Shown here: in pieces, positions 52,289-64,000 of the stretch
Layout of the letters: each line of letters starts with the position of its first letter
How positions within the stretch are numbered: the stretch's first letter is position 1
Origin: Octopus bimaculoides
Lineage: Eukaryota
Length of the DNA stretch: 64,000 bases
Direction of reading: 5' to 3'
Assembly: GCF_001194135.2 (NCBI RefSeq)
Contig: NC_068982.1
Coordinates: 96,729,034-96,793,033, forward strand
Translations under genes and position numbers: made by a program
Notes under the pieces: model-generated
Database searches by the model: none
Told to the model about the DNA's origin: nothing
The model's input: only the letters and a program-made list of their open reading frames with translations

Positions 52289-53010
52289 TGAGGGTGGGCC
52301 AAAAAGTTCATAGGCTGACTATGAAGGAGTGATGCTAGAGCTGTGAAATCTTGCTTGCATTAATTTCAACTCTTCTTGTTAATAACTGTATAGTTCCTGT
52401 CTCATTAAACTAGCATCTTGTTGTTCAATGAAGACTTCAAAAGTAATTAGTAACAACTTCCCTTGAAAATGGAAAAAATTTGGCATCCCAGTGTTATCAA
52501 GTATCTGCAGAAAAGGGGTTTACCCCCCCCCCCCCATGACATTCATGCTGACAAGGTTGCTACTTTAGAGGATGGCACTCCAGCTTTATCAACAGTGCAA
52601 AAATGGGCAACTGAAGTTAGGAGGGGTAGGTAGAATTATGAAGATGTCTCGAGATCTAGACATCCTGCAACTGCCAGCACATGGTGATGGATGACTGGTT
52701 ATAAACTATAAATCAAATGGCCAATGCTGCTACCATATCCTGTGAGAGAGTTGAGAATATTCTGCACAATGAACTTGGCATGACAAAGGTTTCTGTTTGG
52801 TGGGTGCCACATCTGCTGACACCTGATCAAAAGCACACCAGGCTTATCACATCCCTGGGAAATCTGACATTATTTCATGCAGATCTAGCTAGCTTCCTTA
52901 CCCAGGATGAGTGTTGGCTTCATCACTTTGAGTGAGACCAAATAAACCTCATTTGGTCACATTCCATGATAGTATCTTGGTCAGCCTATGAACTTTTCAA
53001 CTGACCCTGG
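52289..53010 (+). mobile_element. mariner element, internally deleted (722 bp)
   Basis: TA flanks; TIR core AAAAGTTCATAGGCTGAC; WVPHLLT and TQDECWLHHFE motifs, truncated after first catalytic D. Confidence 0.88.
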
Positions 53011-53962
53011 TATGCATGTGTGTATCTATATATGCTTGTGTAAGCTTATATGTTTGTGTGTCTATATATGCATGTGTGTGCCTATGTATGCATGTGTGTA
53101 TGTGTAAATATGCTTGTGTGTGTATCAATATTCATGTGTATGTCTATATGCATGTGTGGGTCAATATATGCAATTGCGTGCCTGTAAATACATGTGTCTA
53201 GATATGCTTGCGCGTGTCTATATTGCATATGTGTGCCTATATATGTTTGTGTGTGTCTATGCATATGTTTAAGTATTATAAATGCACTTAAATAAACATG
53301 GTGATGAAATACAGTGTTAATTATGCTGATTTCATATTCAGAGATCTGAAGAGATGACTGTCACTCATATAACACATAAATGATCTGCTGTAATTTAAGT
53401 GTTTTATAAGCTTATTGAAGACCATGAATAATAAATATTTTTTTATTAAATTGCTACTTAATAATGGTTTTAAAATATGTATTTTACTCTATTGTATTAG
53501 ATTAAATTTTGTTTATGTCAACCCACTTTGCATCACAAATGTAATGTTAACTTACTATTTGTTTGTTTGTTTTTTTTAAATTTTTATAATTTTGTTTCAG
53601 AAATTATATTTTAAAGCATGCCACAACAATGACAACAACAATGATAATTCATTGTTACAGACAAAACAATTTATTACTATATTTTAGAATAGGATTATTA
53701 GGGGAGGAAATACAATATCCATAACTTTTGTGGGTTCTCATAGACTGAATTGGTGTAATCAATGACAAACTCGAATATCAGCAGATTAAAGGTTATAGGA
53801 AAAAACATGGGTTGGGATTAAACTGATAGTCTGGTTAGAAAGCTTGTGGTAAAGTTGAACTCCATTAAAGGTACTTAAGGATCAGGTTATGGGGTTAAAA
53901 AGAATGATGTGTTAGGGCCATCACAAGTTAGATCTATCATCCAATGTTATGAAGTAGTCTAA

Positions 53963-56794
53963 CCCTTTAGTGTTCAGATTAATTTGTCAATTGTAATGCT
54001 TATCTGTTCACATTAATTTTAATTTATTCAGGTTCAAGTGGGGTGTCCACAATATTTGCTTGTAACTTTGTTAATTTTCTACATACAGATTTGAAATTTT
54101 GTAAATGGGCGCTTGTATGCCAGTGGTTTATAGTTACGTAATTTTAGCTGATCTTTCTGATTAAATTTGATTTTTATGGGCAGGTAAATTTAATTAACAG
54201 GTGTAAAAACAATGAATAAACACTAAACAATGAATAAACACTAAAATCCATATACTTAATACATCTTACCTGTTTGATTTGTCACTAAAATTAGCCCAGA
54301 TGTCAACCGCCAACAATTTTACATTGTTCAAGATGAGGTACATTAATTTGAATTAAGTAAAGTACAGGTGTAATTGGTAAAAGATTTTATTCTTTCTCTA
54401 TATTTCATTCAAACATTTTCATTGAAAATAAAGTACAAAACTCTTTTATTAGTCAATATACCATTGGCTATGTACTCTTTTACAATTTAATGAATTCATT
54501 TACGTCACAGAGTGCATCTGATAAAAAAAAGCTCATTAACAGGTGAGACAAAGGTGAATACTGGTGTGTAACATACTGAAAATTAATATGTATTTCTCAC
54601 TTTCACATATTATTTATAATAAAATGAAAAGGAATATATGATAAAATATAGTTAGGACATACTTCTGTCATGAAACTGCCCAAAGCACCCTTTACACAAG
54701 GGCACTTTGCAAAAAGAACACATACGAAGTCTCAATCTGATACCCTTTTGCAGCGAACACATTCTGCAAACTTTTTTTCTTCTATTTATCTTTTCGACTT
54801 TACGAAAGTCAATATTTTCTCTGTTGACATCCACGTCAGTTAATTTTGCTTTTCTCCCAGTTCTGTGCTTTTTAGAAGAAAAGCCCCCACGTAACTGAGA
54901 TGTGATGTCAACCTGAAATTTCAAATGGTCATAGTCCTTTGGTGGCGGAGGTACCTTGTGGCTTTTTACATATACAATATATGAATTAACTATAGTTAAA
55001 TTAACTAAAAACCACAAAATGTACCTCTACCATTTCTTTCCAGGTCGACCAACTGGGTAATATCAAGTAATATGCCCGATATTGGTTAGATTTATCAACC
55101 CCACCCATATATTTGTTATAATAAATATTCACTAGGGGTTTCCCCTCAGCACCAACACCAGGTTGTTCATTAGTAAACAGAAATGAAATCTGTCTTTTGT
55201 CTTTGAAAGCAGTAGCTAATAAATTTTCCCTTAACATTTGTAAAATGCCCCCTCTTTTTTAAAATTTTGCTTCCATTTCACGGGGTAAACCTTTGCGGTT
55301 GCCCATGTAAGTACTTACACGGGCAAGATTTTCTGCCAAAGCTACTCAACCAAAAAAAACCAAAAAAAAACCCCGTCAAAATAGAGGTGTCGGTGCTGAC
55401 TGGTGAACTGGTTCAGTAAGAGACCATACTACGTCATGTCCCAGTCCATATGGTCTGTTTCCATTATATCTTTTACCTGTGTAAACATCGAAGTTTAAAC
55501 AATATCCAGTGTCTGATTCACAAATTTCCCATAGCTTGATTCCCCCGTTTAGTGGATATGGCTGGCATGTACTGCCGAAAATGTACTCTGCCCTTATAGC
55601 CTATAATGGTTTGATCTACACTGAGATTTTTCCCAAGTAGATACACAGTTTTATAACTATTAAGGAGTAAATCAATTACAGGACGTACTTTGTAGAGGGG
55701 ATCGTAGTTTGGGACGTTTTTTGCTGGGGGCATTAGCAGAATCAATTAAATGTAAATACTGAGATATTTTCAAATACCTCGTCTTTGACATTATACTTGA
55801 GATATACGGATCACCATACCTTATATCAGGACTCCAGTAGTTCCAAAGTCGAAGAAGCTGTTTAACACCAAACATAATACTGATTGTGAAAAGCGCTCTC
55901 ATTTTCGCAGTATAAGTTGGTTGCCATAGTGGATCGTTTTTTTCCGCGAATATACGTTGCGCATATTTGTTTGTGTCCTCCGTAACATTTTCAGAAAAAC
56001 TTTCCAGTAAAAATAAAAACAGATAGTCCAGTGGTTGAGCATCAGGAGGTAAACTGTATTGTGGACCAGTGTTTTCTGTGAAATCAGGAATAGTGATTGA
56101 TGTTGTAATGTTTGCCATGTTGCCATGTTTACGATATCATTTTCATCCACTTTCATTTTTATCACTTTCGTTCTCAAAATCTTGCTCGTCCGACGAATAT
56201 TCACTAATATCGATATCAGATTCGCCCAAAGACAAAATACTCTTGTTTTCATTTATATTTTCTATATCGTCAAGAGTAAAACCGTCATCCATAATTATTG
56301 AATCTGTGATACTTTCCAGAGCCTTGGTTGATTCTTGAACAATCAGGTCCTTCAATTGATCGTCCATCTTCCGGGTTGCCTCCAACAATTCCTCTTCCGA
56401 CGACGATATGTCTGAGAAGCTATAGTCTTCTACAGACATGTTTTTACTAAGCTATCTCTCCTCTCACAAGAAGAGAAAGCACAAAAAAAACCTCTGCGAA
56501 GCAGCACAACACACTCAAACACTACAGAAAAAAAAAAACACCAGTACAAAAAGCAAAGTATAAAATATACAAATGTTGAAAAAACCATGTGGTCTAAACA
56601 ATTTTACGGTATTTATACTTGAATAAAGGCAGGAAAGGCTTCATCTCGCATCATGTCAAAGCTACAAGAATTCAATAATGGGATTTATTTATTTTTTTAG
56701 CGATTTCGTAGAGCAGTTGGATACAGTTGGATTTGGCCGGTTTGAACAAATAAAGGGGAATTAATTTTGGCTGGTTTTGGCTGGTTTGAACACT
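53963..56794 (-). mobile_element. piggyBac transposon, near full length, inactive
   Basis: Left end CCCTTTAGTGTTCAGA preceded by CTAA; right subterminal region matches the MITE end but lacks terminal AAAGGG-TTAA; encloses a frameshifted transposase. Confidence 0.85.
54652..56439 (-). pseudogene. piggyBac (PGBD-like) transposase pseudogene
   Basis: Frameshifted segments: acidic N-terminus, YDPLYKVRP, SVDQTI..YKGR..RQYMP, ESDTGY..NFDVYTGK, HLYFDG, YNKYMGGVDKSNQ, C-terminal CxxC..CxxCxxxLCxxC domain. Confidence 0.92.
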
Positions 56795-56875
56795 CGCCTT
56801 TTTTTAAAGTATGTCTGAATAGTTCACTGCAATATAAAATTTAAAGCATTAGATATATGTTAGAATGATATATAA

Positions 56876-57663
56876 TCTATACTATAAATTGCAGTGTTCT
56901 TGATTGCTTGATTGATTGATTAATTGAGTGTCGGCAGATTCACTCGAGAACGGTGCAGTGGAATCGCGTGAAATTCAGCACAGAGCGGCAGCATGGTCCG
57001 CTCATGTTCAGGAGATTTTTATTGCCCTCCAACTCCCATGGTTACCGAAATAATCGATTATTACTTTTTAAGATAGGAATATCCCATTCAAAGTAATGTG
57101 GCTGGGTTTGTTTTTCGAAAATTTTAATCAGAGGCACAGAAAAAAAATAATTTCAATTTTTTTGTGTATTAAAAAGCCAAAGCTGTTAGACGCTGGTGTA
57201 CAGCGATAGATATATACGCAGTGAACGTTTTCTCCATTTGCATGCAATAAGGCTTAGGGCAAGCGAGTGTAACATCGAAATAACTTGAAAAGAATGCATG
57301 TGGGAATGTCGTTATAATGAATGCTCATTTAAATGTATTTTGCATGGAGTTGATGTACTTTTTAACAGGAGAGGAGTGCCTGCAGGCTGGTTCTTCTCAA
57401 GTTTGTGCATTTTCAGGTTCAATGTGTTTCAAATAAGTACTGACAATTGAAGGTGATTGCAAAGACAAAGAACTACCTGTTTTTTTTTTAACAATTTTAA
57501 CAGTGAGAACATTGGACAACATATGTTATTGACATTAATAGTTTGTACCTCAGCTAATTACTGATGAGAACTGCATAATCCATGTGTCATGTTAGAGATC
57601 TAAAAGGCATTTTCGAATTTCATTATTTTCTTTAATCCAGGCAATGCTGGATATTTCTGCTAG
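56876..57663 (+). mobile_element. Non-autonomous Helitron (788 bp)
   Basis: 5' TCTATACTATA; 3' hairpin CCAGGCAATGCTGG then CTAG; sits between A (56875) and T (57664); no TSD or TIR. Confidence 0.75.
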
Positions 57664-58712
57664 TTTAGTTATAAATCTTCCCTATGATACATCCATCAGA
57701 ATAGATCCAGTTCAATATTTCCTTTCATCTCTCAGGACTGTTGAAGATCTATGTCTATTACTGTCTTTTCTTCCATATCCATATGGTATCACATCTATGT
57801 AGTCACTTGGTCTGCTCAAAACAGCAGCCAAATCTTCTTGAATGAGGAAAAGACACATTAAATAATGTAGTCCAGTATATTCCTAAAAATGCAAGACAGT
57901 TTCAACTGTTTAATTAAGGCTGAGCTGGAGTTATAAAGCAACATTTAGTATCACACAGATATGTACATATTCATGTTTTGTTGTAATCGGCAAAACTGTC
58001 AACAGGTATATGACAGGTAAATGGTTTGATTCCTGTAGGCATTTCTGTTCATTTATATATACTGTGTGTATCCCAGTTTTAGAAGAGATATTCAACATCC
58101 TTGTATGCAGTAAGGGGCAACTAAAAGGGTATTTGGCTGTAAAACATTGCCTCAGAAAAAACTGTCCTTTTGTGAAAAAGGTTGACATTCTTGTTTTAGA
58201 GCCAAAGATTAACAGAAACATGCACTACAGCATGACACACGAGCCAATGAGGAAGCCTCTAAGTGGTGTTCAGTCTGCTAAAAATAGAAACCAAATGCAT
58301 CTCAATCCACACCCTATCGTCCCAGAAAAGGGCACAGATAATGTAGTATAGGAAAAGAGAGGATGGTCACAGCGGGATCAACTTTGATCATAGTTTTATT
58401 CAGTCAGAGCCAACATAGGATTAAACCACAGCAACAACTCATGACATCAGTGAAGCCTTTGATTGAGTTTGGTATGACAGCCTGTTAGTCAAGTTGCTCA
58501 CTCATGAGCTCCATCAATCATTTGTCATTCAAATGTGAAGTATCATGTCAGGCCATTCCAATACAGCATATGTACTAACAAGTTCTCTCTCTCTCTCTTT
58601 CTCTTTCTTTCTTTCTTACCTACACTTTCTTTCTTACCTACACTTTATACTTCAAGGTTTAGCTATATTATCAACACCCTTTCTTCTATACATTTTTGAA
58701 GTTATCTATAAC

Positions 58713-58828
<116 letters not shown>

Positions 58829-59176
58829 AGCAGTGAATCTATCCTTCATTCTTTCTTATCTTTTTGCAAACAAATCTCAACCAAGAACCTTTGTGTGGTT
58901 ACATGACCAACTAGAAATAGCAACCAAATCTCTCTGAAATCACACTTTCCTTCCTAGAAAAGAACACACTGAATAATATGGCATAGTCTGGAGTACACTC
59001 AACCTTGTGTGTGAATTTTCGTGCTTGTGTTTGCCCCCCCCCCACTGCCTGACAACTGGAGTTGGTTTGTTTATTTCCTTGTAATCTAGCAGTTCAGCAA
59101 ATGTAATTGATAAAATAAGTACTAAGCTTGAAAAAAAAAGTACAGGGATTGATTCATTCAGCTAAAGCCCTTTAAA

Positions 59177-59395
59177 CCCTTTAGCATTTAAACTGGCCAT
59201 ATCCAGCCCAAATATTCTATTGTTTTATGTTCAAACTAGCCAGTTCTGGACTCTCACCCCTACCTTACAATGTCATTCTAAAAATATATAATCACATCAT
59301 GTAAATTTCAAAGCTACAAGATAAAACAAGATTAATTCAAAACAGTATGAATAAATAAGCATTACATTTGAGAGAGAAATCTGAATGTTATAGGG
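59177..59395. mobile_element. piggyBac-type MITE (219 bp), CCCTTTAG family, nested in a SINE tail
   Basis: CCCTTTAGCATT ... AATGTTATAGGG then TTAA; SINE tail resumes at 59400. Confidence 0.82.
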
Positions 59396-60297
59396 TTAAG
59401 GTGGTGCTTCAGCATGGTCGTAGTCCAAAGACTGAAGCAAGAAAAAGAGTGAAAAAAATGAAAGAATCCAATTTTTATCTAACTTGGAACATGATCAATT
59501 TCCTGTGTAAAGTTTATAAATTTAAATCTTTGTTATGTTTAAAACACAAAGAAAGTTACTGCTATCAAATTTCCTACTTTACCATTTGGCATCCCAGTGT
59601 GAACTAGTAATATGTCAATGAGAAGAGTAAATAAATTGTTAATCTCCAAAGTAGGATTGGTACCAAAACTAAGTGACCAAGAAGTCTAGAGTTATGTTAT
59701 CACTCCTGCCAATATATAACTAAGCTGCATTCTTATTACCAATATCTAAAAAGCGTATTAAGACATACAAACAATGCTTACAGACATTACCTTTTGATTC
59801 TTTCAACTAATCCATTTCCTTAAGTGCTCTTCTTTAATAATTAATTATATAATAATAAGTGTGACTGTCATATGTGTCACAAATTGATCTGAGTTGTTAA
59901 AATGAAAAGACTCACCTTGGATATAATCTCAAAAGAACTAATAACATAGTTCAGTATCAATGCCCTTTCCTTATGATAAGAATTGTAAATAACGATAAAA
60001 AATGATATATACACTTAGGAAACAAAACAAAATAAAACAAGAAAACCAATGACTATCTCTTAGATGCCTTGTTTCTTCTCTCAGACTATAGTTTTTACAA
60101 TTGTCTCTGTTCCTTGAATTTACCTGCTGCATACTTCATTCACCAGCAGAATTGCATGAAGTTTTAGTCAAACCTTTTCTTATTTAAGGATGGTTATCAT
60201 AGATAAAAGTTTGTGCTTAATTATAAGCAAAGATTAAATGAGTAGTCTTATGTACTTTAGAATTATTTTGCATCTTTGATATTTAGTTCTAATTTCT

Positions 60298-60909
60298 TAT
60301 TTCTTTATTGCCCACAAGGGGCTAAACATCATCATCATCATCATCGTTTAACGTCCGCTTTCCATGCTAGCATGTGTTGGACGATTTGACTGAGGACTGG
60401 CTAACTGGATGGCTACACCAGGCTCCAATCTGATTTGGCAGAGTTTCTACAGCTGGATGCCCTTCCTAATGCCAACCACTCCGAGAGTGTAATGGGTGCT
60501 TTTACGTGCCACCGGCACGAAGGCCAATCAGGAGGTACTGGCAACGGCCACGCTCGAAATGGTGTATTTTACGTGCCACCTGCACAGGGGCCAGTCCAGC
60601 GGTACTGGCAACGAACTCGCTCAAATGTCTTTTCCCGTGCCACTGGCACAAGTGCCACGAAGGCGACATTGGTAACGGTCATGCTCAAATGGTGCTATTT
60701 ATGTGCCACCGGCACGGAAGCCAGACAGCTGGTGCTCTGGCAATGATCACGCTCGGACGAGAGCGTAACTGGTACTTAATTTATCGACCCTGAAAGGATG
60801 AAAGGCAAAGCCAACCTCGGCAGAATTTGAACTCAGAATGTAAAGACAAACAAAATACCGCTAAGCATTTCGTCCGGCGTGCTAACATTTCTGCCAGCTC
60901 GCTGCCTTG
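60298..60909 (-). mobile_element. Composite SINE: tRNA head (family C) + family-B body + TGTTTAGCCCCTTGTGGGCAATAAAG tail
   Basis: 17-bp direct repeat ATTTAGTTCTAATTTCT at 60281-60297 and 60910-60926. Confidence 0.78.
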
Positions 60910-62482
60910 ATTTAGTTCTAATTTCTGATTTTACTGTCACCAGAAAAATACAAGTATTGATCCCTACAATGCAAATCTATAGTTATTGTGTATGGTTAAT
61001 ATTACTAAGCTTTGTCCTATTTTAATGACGTCCAAATGTAAAACTAGTACCATATAGACATTTAAATTTGTAAATTAGAAAATTAGATTGATAGACCTTG
61101 GTAAGAAGATCTTCATTAAATGTTTCATGGATATAAAGAAAATATTTATGTTTCTGATTCTAACAATGTATTCTTGTATTGAGGCATGCAACAGCAAATA
61201 CAATTTTCATTTTGATATGGTACATTTTATAGTTTTCTTATTTTTTATTTTGTGCAATGACTTAATTTGCACAAAATCTATTTTGATGACCATTCTTTAA
61301 TACTTTTTAAAGACGTAAAATATATTTTATTTTAAAATGAAGTTGACTAAGTTTACTATATAATTTTCAGTAGAGCCTATTTTAAGTCACTCAAAGTCAA
61401 CATTAAAAAATCATCATCTAACATGACTATCTTAACTGATGCGAAACAAGAAACAACAGATGTTCCCATTGTATTTTGAATTGTTGATATCTATAAATAA
61501 ATACATGATCTTGCAAACATGAAAACATGTTCTACATTGTAATGAGTTGCACACAATTAAGAAAAAAAAAAGTTAAAATGAAAAGCAATTAATTTCTCAT
61601 TGTCAAAGCTATCCTGGACAGAGCTTGAATATACTTTGCTTTATCAAGAACACAAAAAAGACATCCTTAGAATCAAGCAGTCTGCTTCATTGTTGCTGTA
61701 TTGTTATTTCAACTTTACTAGATTGATTTCATGCAAATCATACGATTGTTAAAACTTTCCTTTATATTTTATCTATGCTTTGTGATGTTTCATATATGCT
61801 TTCAAAGCTATATGCATTTATGGAATGCTTTTTGCTATTCACTTGTCAGATTTGTGGTGTATCGGTGAGTTACCATATCAGAAGATCAAACATGATGATG
61901 AAATATATACTGATATTCTTTTGAAAAAAATTTCCACTAATAGGGAAGTATTTCCAACTTTTGCTTGTCCTCCAATATATTTGACTATGGCACTCCATCA
62001 CTATCATCTTTATCTCAATCCCAACTACTCCCACCCTGATATAATTTGTGGCAGCCATATCTACTGCAAGACACCCATGTTTGTCCCTCTCTCATACTAT
62101 AACCTTGCAACCCTTGGCATAAAGCCATTTTTACTCCCTCAAATGCTCTGCCCGATTGCTTTTCCATTTCCTTCTTCTCTGTTCTTTTTCCCTTGCATGA
62201 AAAAAAAAAAAGCACATATATAGTGGTTAGCATTACGAAGGGCATCAAGCTGTTGAAACCAAAGCTGACACTGGACCTCAGCATAGCCATGTGGCTCACC
62301 AGATCCAGTTGCTTTGTCCAACCTATGCCAGCATGGAAAACAGACATTAAATGATGATGATGTGTGATGTACTTCATACAAAAATTTCTCTAAATACTTG
62401 GATCCTGGAATCAAGCTAGCCATCAGATGGAACATTTTATTTATCAAAATCTGTTAGTACTTTATAAGAAACAGCACAGATA

Positions 62483-62628
62483 TGAATGAATGTATGTATG
62501 ATGTGTGTATGTATGTATGTATGTATGTATGTATGTATGTATGTATGTATGTATGTATGTATGTATGTATGTGTATGTGTGTGTGTGCATGTGTGTGTGT
62601 ATGCGTGTGTGTGCGTGTGTGTGTATAC
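62483..62628. repeat. (TATG)n/(TG)n compound microsatellite
   Basis: Direct reading. Confidence 0.9.
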
Positions 62629-62637
62629 ATATACTCT

Positions 62638-62839
62638 TTTACTTGTTTCAGTCTTTTGACTGTGGCCATGCTGGAGCACCGCCTTTTAGTCGAGCAAATC
62701 GACCCCAGGACTTATTCTTTAGAAGCCTAGTACTTATTCTATCGATCCCTTTTGCCGAACCGCTAAGTTACGGGGACATAAACACACCAGCATCGGTTGT
62801 CAAGCGATGTTGGGGGGACAAACACACACATACAAACAT

Positions 62840-62872
<33 letters not shown>

Positions 62873-63128
62873 CATATATACGACGGGCTTCTTTCAGTTT
62901 CCGTCTACCAAATCCACTCACAAGGCTTTGGTCGGCCCGAGGCTATAGTAGANNNNNNNNNNNNNNNNNNNNNNNNNNNNNNNNNNNNNNNNNNNNNNNN
63001 NNNNNNNNNNNNNNNNNNNNNNNNNNNNNNNNNNNNNNNNNNNNNNNNNNNNNNNNNNNNCCGTGCAGTGGGACTGAACCCGGGACCATGTGGTTGATAA
63101 GCTAGCTACTTACCACACAGCCACTCCT
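62638..63128 (-). mobile_element. tRNA-derived SINE, family A, young copy spanning an N gap
   Basis: Reverse complement closely matches 851-1262. Confidence 0.87.
62953..63060. other. Assembly gap (N)
   Basis: N run inside a SINE. Confidence 1.
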
Positions 63129-63132
63129 AATT

Positions 63133-63731
63133 TCTGTAAATAATATGTGACAATTATTCGGTAACTCCGAGTTTTGGATGTCAGGGCGGAAACCCATGCT
63201 GCCATCGTGTTTTACCCTTATTGCTTTTTTACACTTTTTTACACATTTTTCTGTATTTTGCCTTTAGCCCTGTTTTTTCTTGGGCATGTGCATATATAGA
63301 TGTGTGTATGAACCTTTTTTGTGCGCATGTGTATGTGTGCGAGCGTGTTCAGTGCACGTGTGTGTGCGAGCGTGTATGCGGGTATGTATATATATTTTGG
63401 CGAATGTGTGGGTGAGCATCTGTGTGTTTCAAGTGAGGGTGGACGAGGATATACATATAGGCGCGTCTACGTAGGTGTGCGTGTGCGCATGTGTATGCAT
63501 GGACTGGTGTGCTTACGCGAATACTATGGACATTTTTACTCCCTTACCTTTACTCCCTCCCCTCACTTAGCGGTCATTCTAATAGTTCTTTTGTCTTAAT
63601 AACGGTCAATTTCATAGCATTTTTTCGATGGCCAGATAACTGAAGCAATGGCGGCGTGGGTTTCCACCCCGACATCCGAAACTTGGAATTTTATCATGGT
63701 TACCGAATAATTGTCACATATTATTTACAGA
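63133..63731. mobile_element. Long-TIR non-autonomous element with internal (GT)-rich microsatellite
   Basis: Outer ~33 nt perfectly inverted (TCTGTAAATAATATGTGACAATTATTCGGTAAC), then a further ~40 nt imperfect inversion. Confidence 0.75.
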
Positions 63732-63797
63732 TAAATTCCTCTATTTACATAACATCGAGGTCTCTTTCTTTCTTTTGTTGTCTTACCTTTTCTATCA

Positions 63798-63828
<31 letters not shown>

Positions 63829-64000
63829 GAAAACATAAATCTGGTGAAGAAGCACACTCTAAAATGTAGAGCAGTCTATATTTTTTCCTGGTGAAGGCCA
63901 GTTTACGGGGTTCCCATCCATAAAGGGTTTAACTTTATGGCTTATCGTCAGACCCCAAGACTTGTTGGCCTAAGACCTTTTTAAAATCTTAAAAATCTTT

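Noticed and set aside
40863-54245. Short tandem duplications (~21 bp at 40863, ~19 bp at 44856, ~18 bp at 54208)
   Set aside because: Ordinary slippage-type duplications with no further structure.
62953-63060. 108-N gap as a hidden insertion in a SINE
   Set aside because: Comparison with the 851-1262 copy needs only ~18 nt there; probably a gap-size estimate artefact, though unverifiable.

Overview
AT-rich, repeat-dense animal genomic DNA; the SINE, MITE and microsatellite landscape suggests an octopus (inference). Positions 1-38100 hold 19 exons of one + strand gene encoding the AP-3 adaptor complex beta subunit (AP3B1/AP3B2 co-orthologue). Its 5' end lies outside the window, it ends at TAA 38098-38100, all introns are GT-AG, and one intron is 14.9 kb. 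The rest is decayed mobile DNA: a Penelope-like retroelement remnant, maT-like and mariner transposons, a piggyBac pseudo-transposase element whose ends match TTAA MITEs in the same window, a non-autonomous Helitron, CR1/L2- and RTE-type LINE fragments, several SINE families, microsatellites and three N gaps. The most striking signal is three 310-322 bp asymmetric palindromes from two sequence families inside AP3B introns. Each is flanked by a 13-bp direct repeat and carries outward-facing minimal hammerhead ribozyme motifs in both arms. All alignments and coordinates were done by eye; TE boundaries marked approximate may be off by tens of bases.
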